A stretch of DNA of 64,000 nucleotides. Origin: an uncultured Pelagibacteraceae bacterium (lineage in GTDB: Bacteria > Pseudomonadota > Alphaproteobacteria > Pelagibacterales > Pelagibacteraceae). Made by a program: the position numbers and the translations under genes. The notes beneath the pieces were generated by a model. It saw nothing but the letters and a program-made list of their open reading frames with translations. It was not told the DNA's origin and made no database searches. Position 1 is the first letter of the stretch. Each line of letters starts with the position of its first letter. The DNA is taken from NCBI GenBank assembly GCA_902599485.1, contig CACKFP010000003.1, forward strand, positions 1,726 to 65,725, in the 5' to 3' direction. Shown one piece after another: positions 20,548 to 30,799 of this stretch.

Positions 20548-21740
20548 TATCCTTTAACACTTCCTGCAGTAAGACCACTTACTAAATATTTTTCAAAATA
20601 AACAAAAATTATTAAAATAGGCAAAGTTACTACTACTGACCCTGCCATCAAATATTGTCTAGGTGTTTCAGCTCCAACATTCAGAAACTGAATAGCTCTT
20701 GATAATGTGAATGTATTCGGCCGGTCTAAAAACATTAATGAAAACAAAAATTCATTCCAAGCTATCATAAATACATACAAAGCTACTGATGATATTGCAG
20801 GTAAACTAAGTGGGAGTATAATTTTAAAAATTATACCAAGCCAATTTTGACCATCTATTATCCCTGCTTCTTCTAATTCTTTTGGTATACTTTTAAAGTA
20901 ACCTTGCAGCATATAAATTGCTACAGGTAAGGTTGTAGCTGTATAAACTATTAACAAACCCTCAATAGAATTTCTTAAACCAAGTTGACTAAAAATTGTA
21001 TACAAAGGTATCACTAAAACTATCGCTGGAAACAAATAAATTATCAATATGGATGTTGATAAAAAATTTTTTCCAAAGAAATTAAGTCTTGCAACCGCGT
21101 AAGCAGCTGGTATTGCAAATATTAATGTTATAATGACTGTGCCTAAGGAGACTATTGTGCTCGTTAGCATATATCTTCCAAAATTATAATCTTTGAACAC
21201 TATAAAATAAGATTTGAACAACTCTGGCAATCCTTGTGCAAAGTTAATACTAAAGTCTAATGGGTTCAATAATAACAACGCTTGGGTTTTAAAGCTTGTA
21301 ACTAACATCATATAAAAAGGGAAAAGAATTACAAAAGAGAACAGTGTAATTCCAAATAATGTTAAAAAATTAAAGAATAATATTTGAGAGGAATGATTTT
21401 TTGACAAAAAGTTTTTGTCGTAATCTTTTATATTATTGAAAAAAAATAATGAAATTAAGAATATACCAAAACTATACCAAATAGGTAAATTTGTTGAGAT
21501 GAAATAATCAAAGATAGAAAATAAAAGTGCTAGTAAAATTATTTTAATATTTAAATTTAATTTTTTCCCAATAAGAAGATTTATTGCACAAAGAATTATT
21601 CCAAATATAAATAATTTATTAAAATTAAAATTTGTTAATTCAATTCCTTGTAATGTAACTAAGATTTTCCAAATACAAATTAATGAAAACAAAAACAAAG
21701 ACGAGATAAAGCAATAAGTAAATATATTTTTAATTTTCAT
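20547..21740 (-). CDS. Carbohydrate ABC transporter permease (MalG-like) with N-terminal TM extension
   Basis: EAA-type loop IPKELEEAGIIDG, AWNEF and PAAYA.AR. Confidence 0.9.
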   Translation of the reverse strand: MKIKNIFTYCFISSLFLFSLICIWKILVTLQGIELTNFNFNKLFIFGIILCAINLLIGKKLNLNIKIILLALLFSIFDYFISTNLPIWYSFGIFLISLFFFNNIKDYDKNFLSKNHSSQILFFNFLTLFGITLFSFVILFPFYMMLVTSFKTQALLLLNPLDFSINFAQGLPELFKSYFIVFKDYNFGRYMLTSTIVSLGTVIITLIFAIPAAYAVARLNFFGKNFLSTSILIIYLFPAIVLVIPLYTIFSQLGLRNSIEGLLIVYTATTLPVAIYMLQGYFKSIPKELEEAGIIDGQNWLGIIFKIILPLSLPAISSVALYVFMIAWNEFLFSLMFLDRPNTFTLSRAIQFLNVGAETPRQYLMAGSVVVTLPILIIFVYFEKYLVSGLTAGSVKG

Positions 21741-22989
21741 CAGCTCTTTTTCCTAAAAGTTTAAAATAGATAAACATAAAAATTAATAGAAACACTACAA
21801 TCACAATAGAAACTGCAGAACCCATACCAATATCCCCGATTGAAAAACCTTGTTGATATACATTTATTGGCAATGTTCTTGTACCTGATGCCCCGCCAGT
21901 GAGTAAAAAGATGTCTTCAAATTTATTAAAATTCCAAATAAATCTAATCATAAATAGAATTGAAATCACTGCTAATATCTGGGGCAAAGTAATATTAAGA
22001 AATTTTTGGATAGGATTTGCACCATCAACATCAGCTGCTTCATACAACTCTTTTGGAACTGCTTGAAGACGAGCAAGAATAAATAAAAATGCTAGAGGAA
22101 AATATCTCCAAATTTCAAAAATAATTACAGTTGTTAATGCTAGCCTCAATTTAAAATCAAAACCAAGTATGTTTAAAGTTACATATTTTTGTCCTAGTAA
22201 ATTTATTGGTCCATCAATAATTTGATAGTTAATTAATAAATTATTTAAAGTTCCGCTTGTTGGATCAAGTAAAAGTTCCCAGGTATAAGCAAGAGCAACA
22301 ACTGGCGCAACATAAGGAAATAAAAGAACACTTCTCATAAATGTTCTTCCAAAAAATTTTTGATTTACCATTTGTGCAGCTAAAATTCCAAAAACTATTG
22401 CACCTATGGTTCCAAAAAAAGTGTAATAAAAAGTTGTTGATAATAGATCTATAAAAGCTTTGTCTTTAATTACTTTTTTGAAATTATTCAATGTAAATTC
22501 ATAAGTTAATAATATATTTTGTGACTTACCTGATAGTTTAGGCTTATAAGATTTTATTTCCTTCTTGGAAATTTCTTGATTATTAATATTTTGAAATACT
22601 ATTTCTAAATTTTCTCGATATTTTTTTGGCCAATTACCTAACTCACACTTAAGTAAATTTGATTTAAATTGACATTTATTATTTAAACTTATTGGTTTGA
22701 TATCATCTGGATATTTATCTTTAAATTTTACATTAGTAATTTCTTGTGTAAGAGAACTATTTCTTAATTTATAAATTACTTTTATTTGATTTGGATTATC
22801 ATTAATTGATTTTACTAATTTTTTTGCTCTTGGTTCAGGAATTCTTAAATCTTTGAGCTCTACATTTTTAAAACTTATCCAAATATTAGAAAATATCGGA
22901 AATAAAATTATAGAAAATACTAAAAGAACTGATGGTAATATTAAAAGATAAGCTGTTCTTTTTTCAATTTTTGCAAGTTTTGAACTCAT
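21730..22989 (-). CDS. Carbohydrate ABC transporter permease (MalF-like) with large extracytoplasmic insertion
   Basis: LQAVPKELYEAADVDGA, ITLP and LTGG. Confidence 0.9.
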   Translation of the reverse strand: MSSKLAKIEKRTAYLLILPSVLLVFSIILFPIFSNIWISFKNVELKDLRIPEPRAKKLVKSINDNPNQIKVIYKLRNSSLTQEITNVKFKDKYPDDIKPISLNNKCQFKSNLLKCELGNWPKKYRENLEIVFQNINNQEISKKEIKSYKPKLSGKSQNILLTYEFTLNNFKKVIKDKAFIDLLSTTFYYTFFGTIGAIVFGILAAQMVNQKFFGRTFMRSVLLFPYVAPVVALAYTWELLLDPTSGTLNNLLINYQIIDGPINLLGQKYVTLNILGFDFKLRLALTTVIIFEIWRYFPLAFLFILARLQAVPKELYEAADVDGANPIQKFLNITLPQILAVISILFMIRFIWNFNKFEDIFLLTGGASGTRTLPINVYQQGFSIGDIGMGSAVSIVIVVFLLIFMFIYFKLLGKRADEN

Positions 22990-22990
22990 A

Positions 22991-23026
22991 AAAAAAAGCG
23001 GATAATTAATATTACCCGCTTTTTTT
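22991..23026 (-). terminator. Intra-operon terminator/stabilising hairpin after the sugar-binding protein gene
   Basis: AAAAAAAGCGG...CCGCTTTTTTT inverted repeat with a T run on each strand. Confidence 0.75.
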
Positions 23027-23040
23027 AATTTTTTAAATTA

Positions 23041-24369
23041 CTAGAAGCTAGCTAGTACAGTATTAATTTCATCTACTGCTTCATCTAACGTCAATTGATC
23101 GTCAATATATTGTCTAGTGATTCTATTTATAAACTTATTGTTAATAATTTTAGATGCTCTAGATAGTTCACCTTCTTTAACACCCCATCTATTAGCGGTA
23201 TCTAAACCTGCAACAATATTATTTATTACATCTGCTGAATATAGATCTGTTAAAGGAGCTTTTCTATCAACTCCAACAGGCAGTTTACTCCAAGCTGTTG
23301 TAAATGCATTTGGATCACTTGCATTACCTCTTCTTACAGGAAACTTACCTTCTGGTGCTATAGATAAAGTGCTTGTATATCCTTCATCCATTGAATAAAG
23401 AATAAACTGCTTAGCTTCATCTGTATCTGCATCTGCAGTTACACCAAAGTATCTAACATCCGCCCAAGCTGCGCCTTTTACATTATTTGGTCCACTAAAA
23501 TTAGTTATAAAACCAGTTTTAGATGCCAATTCTGGTGATGTAGGATCACTGTTAATTGTCGGTGGAGCTGAGTCTCTTAAACCAGCTAATTCATCCATAA
23601 TAAATGGTGACCATATTATCATTGGAGTTTTACCAGCAAAATAAAGTTCTCTTGATTGTTTCCAATAAAGTTCTCCTGGAGGACTAGCCTTAGCTAATTT
23701 TTTATAAAACTGTAAAGAATTTTTTAAAGCTCTTCCTTGTTTTTTTGTTCCACCTTTTTTTACAATATTTACACCATTTGCAAGCATAACATGTTCTAAA
23801 ACTTGACTCATAAAGTTTTCGTCGGTTTTAGTTGCCGCAACAAATCCAAACATATCATTACTAGATAAGGCATCTATTGCTTTCTCGATGTTTGCGTATG
23901 TAGTTGGTGGTTCTAAACCTGCAGCTGCAAATAAATCTTTTCTGTATACAACCATTTGCGTCCAGCCATCTACTGGTACAGCAGCAATTTTGCCACCTTT
24001 TTTAGCCATCTTTAAAGCACCTGGAGCAAAAGTTTTCTTTCCAAGTGAGTTAACGATATCATTGTTTGCATCAACGTCTAAAATTCCTGCTTCAGCCCAT
24101 GGTAATACATACTGTAGTGTATGATAAATTACATCAGGAAGATCTCCTGCTGCTGCTGCTGCTGTAGCTCTTGTTCCTAGATCTTTTTCATCAATAGGAA
24201 TAACTTCAACTCCAATTCCAGTTTTGGCTTCAAAGGCTTTTGCCATCTCTTCTTGCTTAGCCATCCTTGCTGGTTGAGTTTCTGTTGTCCAGAATTTGAT
24301 ATCTGCAAATGCAATTGAATTAAAAACAAAAGCTATTGCAGAGATTGTTATTAATATATTTTTAAACAT
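23041..24369 (-). CDS. Carbohydrate ABC transporter substrate-binding protein
   Basis: Signal peptide, AAG.LPDV, YRKDLF..AGL.PP.T; GAGGGG SD upstream. Confidence 0.9.
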   Translation of the reverse strand: MFKNILITISAIAFVFNSIAFADIKFWTTETQPARMAKQEEMAKAFEAKTGIGVEVIPIDEKDLGTRATAAAAAGDLPDVIYHTLQYVLPWAEAGILDVDANNDIVNSLGKKTFAPGALKMAKKGGKIAAVPVDGWTQMVVYRKDLFAAAGLEPPTTYANIEKAIDALSSNDMFGFVAATKTDENFMSQVLEHVMLANGVNIVKKGGTKKQGRALKNSLQFYKKLAKASPPGELYWKQSRELYFAGKTPMIIWSPFIMDELAGLRDSAPPTINSDPTSPELASKTGFITNFSGPNNVKGAAWADVRYFGVTADADTDEAKQFILYSMDEGYTSTLSIAPEGKFPVRRGNASDPNAFTTAWSKLPVGVDRKAPLTDLYSADVINNIVAGLDTANRWGVKEGELSRASKIINNKFINRITRQYIDDQLTLDEAVDEINTVLASF

Positions 24370-24481
24370 ATATTCCCCTCTTTTTTCTAGTTTTCTAAAG
24401 TTATTTAAAAATTAACACATAATGAACATTTAAAAGAAGAATAACAAGTATGTAAATTACACAATACTACCTGAGATTGAT

Positions 24482-25567
24482 TTAGGAATTTTTAAAAGAA
24501 ATACCTTTATTATCAAATAAATGGCAACGAAATGGATCAAAACCTATTTTAACGGTGTCTCCTACTTTGATATTTGTGTCTCCATCAGTTTGTACAACAA
24601 GAGGATCCCCCTCTTTCTCTAAATATAAATATGTTCCTGAACCTAATTTTTCTACAACGAAGACTTTACTTTCCCATAATGAATCTGTTTTTGCATTTAA
24701 TATCAAATGCTCTGGTCTTATTCCAATTTTTATACTGTCACCTTCTTTGATATTTTCAGATATTTTTGGTACAATTAACTTTCCAGTTCCCATTATATCT
24801 ACCTCAGAACCCTTGGAACTTTTACTTAAAATTTTACTATCTATAAAATTCATTTTTGGAGATCCGATAAAACCACCAACAAACAGATTATCTGGGTTAT
24901 TATATAAGTTCATGGGTGATCCCTTTTGTGAAACTATACCTTGATCCAATACAACAATATCATTTGCAAGTGTCATGGCTTCAGTTTGATCATGAGTTAC
25001 GTAAATCATTGTTGCATTAAGTTGATCATGTAATTTTGCCAATTCTACTCTCATTTGTACTCTTAATGCTGCATCTAGATTAGATAATGGTTCATCGAAT
25101 AAGAAAACTTTTGGTTTTCTTGTAATGGCTCTACCAATAGCTACTCTTTGACGTTGTCCTCCAGATAATTGTTTGGGTTTTCTCTCAAGATACTCTTCTA
25201 TCTGTAAGATTTTAGCAGCTTCCATTACTCTTTGCTCTATCTCTTCTTTTGATTTTTTTTCAATTTTTAAACCAAAAGCCATATTATCAAATACAGTCAT
25301 ATGAGGATAAAGAGCATAAGATTGAAATACCATTGCAATATTTCTTTCTTTAGGTGGTAGATCATTTACAACTTTATCATCAATAGATATTGTACCTGAA
25401 TTAATTTCCTCTAAACCAGCAATCATTCTTAAGATTGTTGATTTACCACATCCGCTTGGGCCTACTAGAACTGTGAAAGACTCACTTTTTATATCAAGAG
25501 AAACATCTTTGATCACATGTGTGCTACCAAAAAACTTGTTTACTTTATCTATTTTAATACTTGCCAT
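24482..25567 (-). CDS. Carbohydrate ABC ATP-binding protein (MalK/UgpC-like)
   Basis: GPSGCGKST, VFQSYALYPHM, LSGGQRQR, DEPLSNLDA, YVTHDQ and a TOBE-like C-terminus. Confidence 0.95.
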   Translation of the reverse strand: MASIKIDKVNKFFGSTHVIKDVSLDIKSESFTVLVGPSGCGKSTILRMIAGLEEINSGTISIDDKVVNDLPPKERNIAMVFQSYALYPHMTVFDNMAFGLKIEKKSKEEIEQRVMEAAKILQIEEYLERKPKQLSGGQRQRVAIGRAITRKPKVFLFDEPLSNLDAALRVQMRVELAKLHDQLNATMIYVTHDQTEAMTLANDIVVLDQGIVSQKGSPMNLYNNPDNLFVGGFIGSPKMNFIDSKILSKSSKGSEVDIMGTGKLIVPKISENIKEGDSIKIGIRPEHLILNAKTDSLWESKVFVVEKLGSGTYLYLEKEGDPLVVQTDGDTNIKVGDTVKIGFDPFRCHLFDNKGISFKNS

Positions 25568-25569
25568 TT

Positions 25570-26529
25570 TTAATTTAATATTAATTTTTTGTTATTAATT
25601 ATAGATTTAATTAATTTTGTCATCAAAGGGATTTTTTTTTGTTGAATTTTTTTTATTACAAATGGAGCAATTTCTCTTGCAAGTTGCTCTCCCTCTACGG
25701 TTTCATTAGGCATAAATTTTCTTTTAGCATTTTTGAATGTATAGCCTTGCCCTAAGTAACTTCCCATTTTACTATTTCTACCACCAGCAGCACTGACGTA
25801 TAAATCTCCAACTCCAGCCAATCCAAGCGCAGTCTCAATTTTTCCTTTAAAATATTTAGTAATATATATCATCTCATTTATAGATTTTTTGAATAAACTT
25901 GAAGACATATTTAAACTATCTCCAGCCCCGATAATCATTGAATAAATATTTTTAATTGAAGAACAGATCTCAACTCCAATAACATCTTTCGATGTTTCGG
26001 TTAAATAGTATTTTGTAGTTATCATATTACAAATTTTTTTTGCGGTTTTGATATTTTTATTAGCAACAATTACACTTGTTTGTTTTTTATTTGAAAGTTC
26101 TTTTGCTAAGCAAGGTCCTTTTAAAACTGAAATGTTTATATTTTTATTAGTTTTCTTTATATCCTCTGAAATAGTAAAAATTTTCTGTTTTTTTTTCTCA
26201 TACTTCAAACCTTTGGTAAGAATAAGAATTGGACTTTTGATATTTGATTTTTTAAATTCTTCACTAATAAAATTTATTCCTGATAAACTTAACGCAACAA
26301 CTACCAAATCATATTTATTTTTTAATAGATCGGTTGAATATTTTTTATATTTTAGTTTATTTGGTAAATTTATTTTTAAACTAGAATGATATTTCTTTTT
26401 TGAAGACAAATTTTTAATAAAAGTTTTATTATAAGGCTCTGTGATAGTTACTTCATTTTTATTATCTATACATGGAAATGTAAAAGCAGATCCCATTGCG
26501 CCACCGCCTATTATTAAAATTTTTTTCAT
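25570..26529 (-). CDS. NAD(P)H-dependent glycerol-3-phosphate dehydrogenase family (divergent)
   Basis: GGGAMGSA, TKG, GP.LA.E, D..GVE....KN, GLAGVGDL, RN..G and EG. Confidence 0.8.
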   Translation of the reverse strand: MKKILIIGGGAMGSAFTFPCIDNKNEVTITEPYNKTFIKNLSSKKKYHSSLKINLPNKLKYKKYSTDLLKNKYDLVVVALSLSGINFISEEFKKSNIKSPILILTKGLKYEKKKQKIFTISEDIKKTNKNINISVLKGPCLAKELSNKKQTSVIVANKNIKTAKKICNMITTKYYLTETSKDVIGVEICSSIKNIYSMIIGAGDSLNMSSSLFKKSINEMIYITKYFKGKIETALGLAGVGDLYVSAAGGRNSKMGSYLGQGYTFKNAKRKFMPNETVEGEQLAREIAPFVIKKIQQKKIPLMTKLIKSIINNKKLILN

Positions 26530-26535
26530 TTAAGA

Positions 26536-28689
26536 TTAAGCAATTCCTAGATGTTTTTTTCTTTTTTCTACCCAAGTTCTTATCAAATTATCAAAAATTA
26601 AACCTATAAAAGCTACACAAATACCCAAAGTTAATCCAATACCAGCACCATTTTTATCTGATAAAGCTTTTAAAATATATTGCCCTAAATCTTCAGTGCC
26701 GATAAATGCCCCTATAATCACCATAAATAATGCAAACACTATTGTTTGATTTATACCAAGCATCATATGAGGGAATGCTAAAGGAAATTCAATTTTTGTT
26801 AATCTTTGAAATTTATTTACACCAGACATCGTCGCTGCATCATGTAAACCTGCTGGAACACTTCTAAGCCCTTCAATTGTGTATCTTGTTGCTGGTATAG
26901 TTGCATAAACAATGACAGCAATAAGAACAGAAGTGTCGGTTATTCCAAAAAGCATCATAACAGGAATAAGATAAACAAATGATGGAAATGTTTGAAATAT
27001 ATCACATACCCCTAACATAAATTTTGCAGAATGTTTATTTTGAAAACATAATGTGCCAACCGTAAAACCAATTATACAAGAGACTATTACCCCAAATGTT
27101 GCCATGTAAGCCGTTACTAAGGCTCTATCCCACCAAGGGCTTAGAGCTATGAATAATGTCAAACCACAAACTACTAATGCAGATCTAATTCCACCAATTA
27201 AATAGCCTGCACCAACAACCAGAACTAATGTAGCAACAGCTGGCATCCTTAAATACAAAGCCCTCATTGGTTGTAACACTTCTTGAATTAACCATGTATT
27301 AAATGCTTTTATATAAACAAAGAAGGTATCAAAAATCCAATCGACACCTTTATTCCAAAAATCAGCAGTTGATATTCCTTTATTGTGTGGAACTTCAAAT
27401 AAATAATTGTAACCACCTTTAAAATAAACAGATCCAAAGTAAGACAGTAAAATTCCAATTATGACCGTAATACTAAAAAATAATAAATTTTTATTTCTTT
27501 GAAAAAAATTCAAATTGCCAAAATAATCGACTTGCTTGTTTGCCCATGCTAATGACATTTTATCTAATAAAATTGCAATTAGACTTATACAAAGACCAGC
27601 TTCTAATGCTAATCCGATATTAAGCTGATTTAGTGCTAACAATAAATTAAAACCTAGACCTTTCGCTCCAATGAAGGCTGAAATAACAGCCATAGAAAAG
27701 CACACCATGATAACCTGGTTTACGCCAATTAAAATATCTCGTCTGGCCGTTGGAATTAGCACTTTAGACATTAGTTGCCAATTATTACAACCACTCATTC
27801 TTCCAGCTTCAATTACTTCTGGAGGAATAGCTCTCAATCCTAGTAAAGTAAGTAATATCATGGGTGGAACAGCAACAACCATAGTTATAATTACTGCAGC
27901 GTGGTCACCGACTCCAAAAAGAACAAGTGCAGGAACTAATACTGCATATTGTGGCATTGTTTGCATAACTAATAGAATTGGATATAGAGCTTTTTCTACA
28001 CGTTTACTTTTATAAGCTGCAATACCCAAACTTAACCCAAATATAAAAGATAGAGGCGCAGCAACTAAAATAAAAGAGAGTGTTTGCATCGATGGTTTCC
28101 ATTGTCCAAATATAGAAATGTAAACCATTGTTAAACCGGCAAATAAAGCGAGTCCAATACCACTTAATTTATAAGCAAGTATTGCAAAGCCAGCTGCAAC
28201 TATTGTCCAAGGTAGACCTGGTAACTCTGCCCAAGGGTTCGCATCGATCCAATCCCAACTTGTAAAGGCAACAATTGTTTCAAGTCCACCTAATAGAATT
28301 TCTCTAATTAATTCTATTAAAAAGGTCATAAAAGCTGTTAAATTTCTGCTAATTTGCAAAACTATTGGTCTGGTTTTAAATTCTTGAGTGTCCTCATTCC
28401 AAAACTCCATTGGCATCCACTCATTCATTAAGAAAAACAAGGAGTCATTTATCCATATTGGTAACCATCCAAGTAATGGGGGAAGACGCCAGAAAACATC
28501 AAAGGCGTAATATCTTACTTCTTTGCCTAAAAATATATAACTACTTTGATTAGGGTCTTTTACGAATTCAGCTTGGCCTCTAATGAATTTATATGTTTCT
28601 GGAACGTCAATAGCAAAACAAAGAGCAAAGAAAACAATTAATAGAAATAACCACTGAAATATTTTTGGATATTTTTTTAAAAATTCCAT
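26536..28689 (-). CDS. ProW-family double permease, probable TMAO ABC permease (TmoV-like)
   Basis: Two ProW-type repeats (QTMPQYAVLVP and QTFPSFVYLIP); context with tmoX-like SBP and tdm. Confidence 0.85.
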   Translation of the reverse strand: MEFLKKYPKIFQWLFLLIVFFALCFAIDVPETYKFIRGQAEFVKDPNQSSYIFLGKEVRYYAFDVFWRLPPLLGWLPIWINDSLFFLMNEWMPMEFWNEDTQEFKTRPIVLQISRNLTAFMTFLIELIREILLGGLETIVAFTSWDWIDANPWAELPGLPWTIVAAGFAILAYKLSGIGLALFAGLTMVYISIFGQWKPSMQTLSFILVAAPLSFIFGLSLGIAAYKSKRVEKALYPILLVMQTMPQYAVLVPALVLFGVGDHAAVIITMVVAVPPMILLTLLGLRAIPPEVIEAGRMSGCNNWQLMSKVLIPTARRDILIGVNQVIMVCFSMAVISAFIGAKGLGFNLLLALNQLNIGLALEAGLCISLIAILLDKMSLAWANKQVDYFGNLNFFQRNKNLLFFSITVIIGILLSYFGSVYFKGGYNYLFEVPHNKGISTADFWNKGVDWIFDTFFVYIKAFNTWLIQEVLQPMRALYLRMPAVATLVLVVGAGYLIGGIRSALVVCGLTLFIALSPWWDRALVTAYMATFGVIVSCIIGFTVGTLCFQNKHSAKFMLGVCDIFQTFPSFVYLIPVMMLFGITDTSVLIAVIVYATIPATRYTIEGLRSVPAGLHDAATMSGVNKFQRLTKIEFPLAFPHMMLGINQTIVFALFMVIIGAFIGTEDLGQYILKALSDKNGAGIGLTLGICVAFIGLIFDNLIRTWVEKRKKHLGIA

Positions 28690-28692
28690 AAT

Positions 28693-29724
28693 TTATTTTC
28701 CGTTCTTTCTTCCGCCAAAGACAGTATTTATTATTTTTGTCGGGTTGATTGACCCAACGGTTTTATTATTTTCATCTATAACTGCTACAGATTTTTCTTG
28801 CGTTAATATTTTTTCTGCAACATTTTCTATGATTTCATCTTTTGAAACTTTAATATCACCTAAATTATTAGATATAGATTCATCCATTACATCTTCAATT
28901 AATAAAACTTTTTCTCTAGGTACTTCTTCAGTAAATTTTCTTACATATTCTGTGGCTGGGTTTAAAACTATATTTGCAGGTGTATCTAGTTGTTCAATTA
29001 TACCATCTTTCATAATTGCAATTCGATCAGCAAGTTTTAATGCCTCATCAAAATCATGAGTAATAAACATAATTGTTTTTTGTAATTTTTCTTGAAGTCT
29101 TAAAAATTCATCTTGCATTTCTTTTCTAATTAAAGGATCTAAAGCAGAAAAAGGTTCATCTAAAAACCATATATCAGGTTCAACTGCTAGAGATCTTGCA
29201 ATACCCACTCTTTGTTGTTGTCCACCTGAAAGTTCTCTTGGAAAATAATTTTCTCTTCCATCAAGTCCAACTAATTTAACCATCTCCATTGCTTTATTAA
29301 TGCTCTCCTCAGTTTTGATACCTTTGATTTGAAGAGGAAAAGCTATATTTTCTACAACGGTTTTGTGTGGAAGAAGAGCAAAGCTTTGGAAAACCATTCC
29401 CATTTTGTTTCTTCTAAGCTCAATTAACTCTTTATTATTTAAATTTAATAAATCTTGACCTTCAATGAAAATTTTTCCACCTGTTGCATCTGTTAATCTT
29501 GATATACACCTTAGTAAAGTTGACTTACCAGATCCAGATAAGCCCATTACAACAAGCATCTCTCCTTTTGCCACTTCAAAAGAGGCATTGTTAACACCTA
29601 CTATACAACCATTTTCTTGAAATGTTTTAGCATCAACATTACCATTTGAATCTTGAAGCATCTTTTTGGCGTTTTCACCAAAAATTTTATAAACTGCTTC
29701 GCATTTGATTACTGCTTCAGACAT
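28693..29724 (-). CDS. ProV-family ABC ATPase, probable TmoW
   Basis: GLSGSGKST, LSGGQQQRVG, DEPFSALDPLIR and FITHD. Confidence 0.9.
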   Translation of the reverse strand: MSEAVIKCEAVYKIFGENAKKMLQDSNGNVDAKTFQENGCIVGVNNASFEVAKGEMLVVMGLSGSGKSTLLRCISRLTDATGGKIFIEGQDLLNLNNKELIELRRNKMGMVFQSFALLPHKTVVENIAFPLQIKGIKTEESINKAMEMVKLVGLDGRENYFPRELSGGQQQRVGIARSLAVEPDIWFLDEPFSALDPLIRKEMQDEFLRLQEKLQKTIMFITHDFDEALKLADRIAIMKDGIIEQLDTPANIVLNPATEYVRKFTEEVPREKVLLIEDVMDESISNNLGDIKVSKDEIIENVAEKILTQEKSVAVIDENNKTVGSINPTKIINTVFGGRKNGK

Positions 29725-29788
29725 AATTCTTATAAAAGTATACGAAAATTAATTAAATTAAAATCAATATAATTGAAGCTTATTTCCA

Positions 29789-30340
29789 TTAAAAATTTTT
29801 AATAAAATAAACCCTTGTATCAATTCCAGTACTTAAGAAACTTAAGGCTTCACCGCTTACTTTAATTGTTTCGTCTACTCCTACGTTATTTCCACTAACT
29901 GTAAAACCTGCAAAACATTTCTTTTTTTCAGCATCCCATTCAACAAATGTTTCATCAATTTTATTGCCGTTAATAGTATAAATTTCGTGTGCTCTAAAAT
30001 TTAAGAAATTTGCACCCATTATTGCTCTTTGGGGGATAAGCTTTGTGGCATTGCACACTCCCTCATACAATTCATCTGATAATTTATAATGATCAGTGCC
30101 ATCAAAAGTTACTAATATACCCGAGGGAAGTTTTGAAATTAATGCACTTAGTTTTCTCTCTTTTGCAATTCTCTCTTCTTCCAATTTCATTTTCCTAACT
30201 AATTCATCACCCTCGCTAAATATATTATTTAAAATAGCAAAAGAAGAAATTATGACTATTGTTAAAATTATTAGTCCTATAAATTGTTTTAGGTTCTCGG
30301 GTAATCCTTTTAATTTATTAAATGAAGTTCCGTTCGACAT
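29789..30340 (-). CDS. Hypothetical membrane-anchored protein
   Basis: One N-terminal TM segment, a short charged helix, then a soluble domain; coupled to the MORN gene via TAATG. Confidence 0.75.
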   Translation of the reverse strand: MSNGTSFNKLKGLPENLKQFIGLIILTIVIISSFAILNNIFSEGDELVRKMKLEEERIAKERKLSALISKLPSGILVTFDGTDHYKLSDELYEGVCNATKLIPQRAIMGANFLNFRAHEIYTINGNKIDETFVEWDAEKKKCFAGFTVSGNNVGVDETIKVSGEALSFLSTGIDTRVYFIKNF

Positions 30341-30717
30341 TAATCTTGTAATTTACCGTTTTTCCAAATTCCTACTTTTTGGTCGCCATTAGCCCAAGTA
30401 AATGTTCCTTTGCCATTCATAAAACCATTAGCCCACTCTCCTTCATAAGTAGAACCATCTGGGAAAGTTAAAGTTCCAACTCCACTCCAAACACTGTTTT
30501 TAAACTCACCTTTATAGATATATCCGTTTGGCCATGTTTCTACACCTTTGCCATTTTTTTTTGTTCCTACCCACTCACCTTCATAAGTAGTTTTATCTGT
30601 ATAAACCCATTTTCCATATCCATTTTCACAGTTACCTTCTTTACATCCGGTGCTTCGAGCAAAAACTGATGAGCTTATTAATAAACTTAAAAAAAAGTAA
30701 AAAAGATATTTTCTCAT
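30340..30717 (-). CDS. Secreted MORN-repeat protein
   Basis: Signal peptide, C..G.C.NG.G and four YEGEW..G...G.G-type repeats. Confidence 0.9.
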   Translation of the reverse strand: MRKYLFYFFLSLLISSSVFARSTGCKEGNCENGYGKWVYTDKTTYEGEWVGTKKNGKGVETWPNGYIYKGEFKNSVWSGVGTLTFPDGSTYEGEWANGFMNGKGTFTWANGDQKVGIWKNGKLQD

Positions 30718-30742
30718 AAATATATTTTACACAAATCTTTAT

Positions 30743-30777
30743 AAAAAAAAATCCCCCCCAATAGAATTGGGGGAGAT
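30743..30777 (-). terminator. Rho-independent terminator of the tmoX-like gene
   Basis: Minus strand ATCTCCCCCAAT-tct-ATTGGGGGGGAT followed by a T run. Confidence 0.85.
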
Positions 30778-30799
30778 CTTAATTTTTTAACTTTTATCC

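Noticed and set aside
24451-24461. TGTAA-A-TTACA inverted repeat upstream of the sugar SBP gene
   Set aside because: Too short and AT-rich to distinguish from chance; no cognate regulator nearby.
30340-30640. Repeated nucleotide motifs such as CCCACTC.CCTTCATAAGTAG
   Set aside because: Explained by MORN protein repeats; not a CRISPR or DNA repeat array.
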